64,000 nt of DNA, from assembly GCA_965112735.1 (NCBI GenBank), contig OZ218956.1:1302001-1366000 (forward strand). Reading direction: 5' to 3'. The notes below the pieces were generated by a model that saw only the letters and a list, made by a program, of their open reading frames with translations, was not told the DNA's origin and made no database searches. Shown here piece after piece: positions 63,735 through 64,000 of this stretch. The stretch comes from Phaeosaccion multiseriatum (lineage: Eukaryota; Protista; Ochrophyta, other classes). Position 1 is the first letter of the stretch. Each line of letters begins with the position of its first letter. Made by a program: the position numbers and the translations under genes.

Positions 63735-64000
63735 CTACTGCTGTTGTTGTTGTTGTTGCTGCTGCTGGAACCAGGACCGGACCTCCCCCACATCTGGTAC
63801 ACCCGATAAGTTACTCCCCACGGCGGCGACGGTAGGGGGGCTCGCCATGAGTCGCCGTCCCACTCGCATAATGTCCTCCGCCGTGGTCTCCTCAATCTTG
63901 CGACATACGTCCTCCACCGGCTCTCGCTTCCCGTAGGCCAGAATCTGACGGCCAATGTCCTCAAACAGCACCACTCTGCTCTCCAGCTGCGTAAGAATGT
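63735..64000 (-). CDS. PMPCA: Mitochondrial processing peptidase alpha subunit, C-terminal fragment; the gene continues beyond the right edge
   Basis: ILTQLESRVVLFEDIGRQILAYGKR..IEETTAEDIMRVGRRLMASPPTVAAVG, followed by a poly-Q tail. Confidence 0.88.
   Translation of the reverse strand, partial: ILTQLESRVVLFEDIGRQILAYGKREPVEDVCRKIEETTAEDIMRVGRRLMASPPTVAAVGSNLSGVPDVGEVRSWFQQQQQQQQQQ

Overview
GC-rich, intron-dense eukaryotic nuclear DNA, saturated with microsatellites. It is most likely from a photosynthetic stramenopile; this is inferred from a signal-peptide + 'SAF' bipartite plastid-targeting start and from the gene content. Most entries in the ORF track are repeat artefacts. Manual splicing on both strands gives ten protein-coding genes: DNA-PKcs (5' portion, running off the left edge), a SpoU/TrmH methyltransferase, a Popeye/cNMP-binding membrane protein, a 17-exon gene that joins a cyclin Y in frame to a CDPK-like kinase with EF-hands, an RCC1-BTB-RING-BTB protein, CMC1, a LETM1-like protein, proteasome alpha-6 (PSMA1), a rhomboid protease and the 3' end of MPP-alpha. 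Main hunting results: (1) the cyclin Y-CDPK fusion; (2) a dispersed 15-mer, CAGTTGGTGATACAG, recurring in exons (different frames and strands) and introns; (3) two MITE-like families flanked by TCGA-containing palindromes; (4) introns built from tandemly amplified splice signals and from complementary repeats at their two ends. Homology calls rest on recalled motifs, not database searches.
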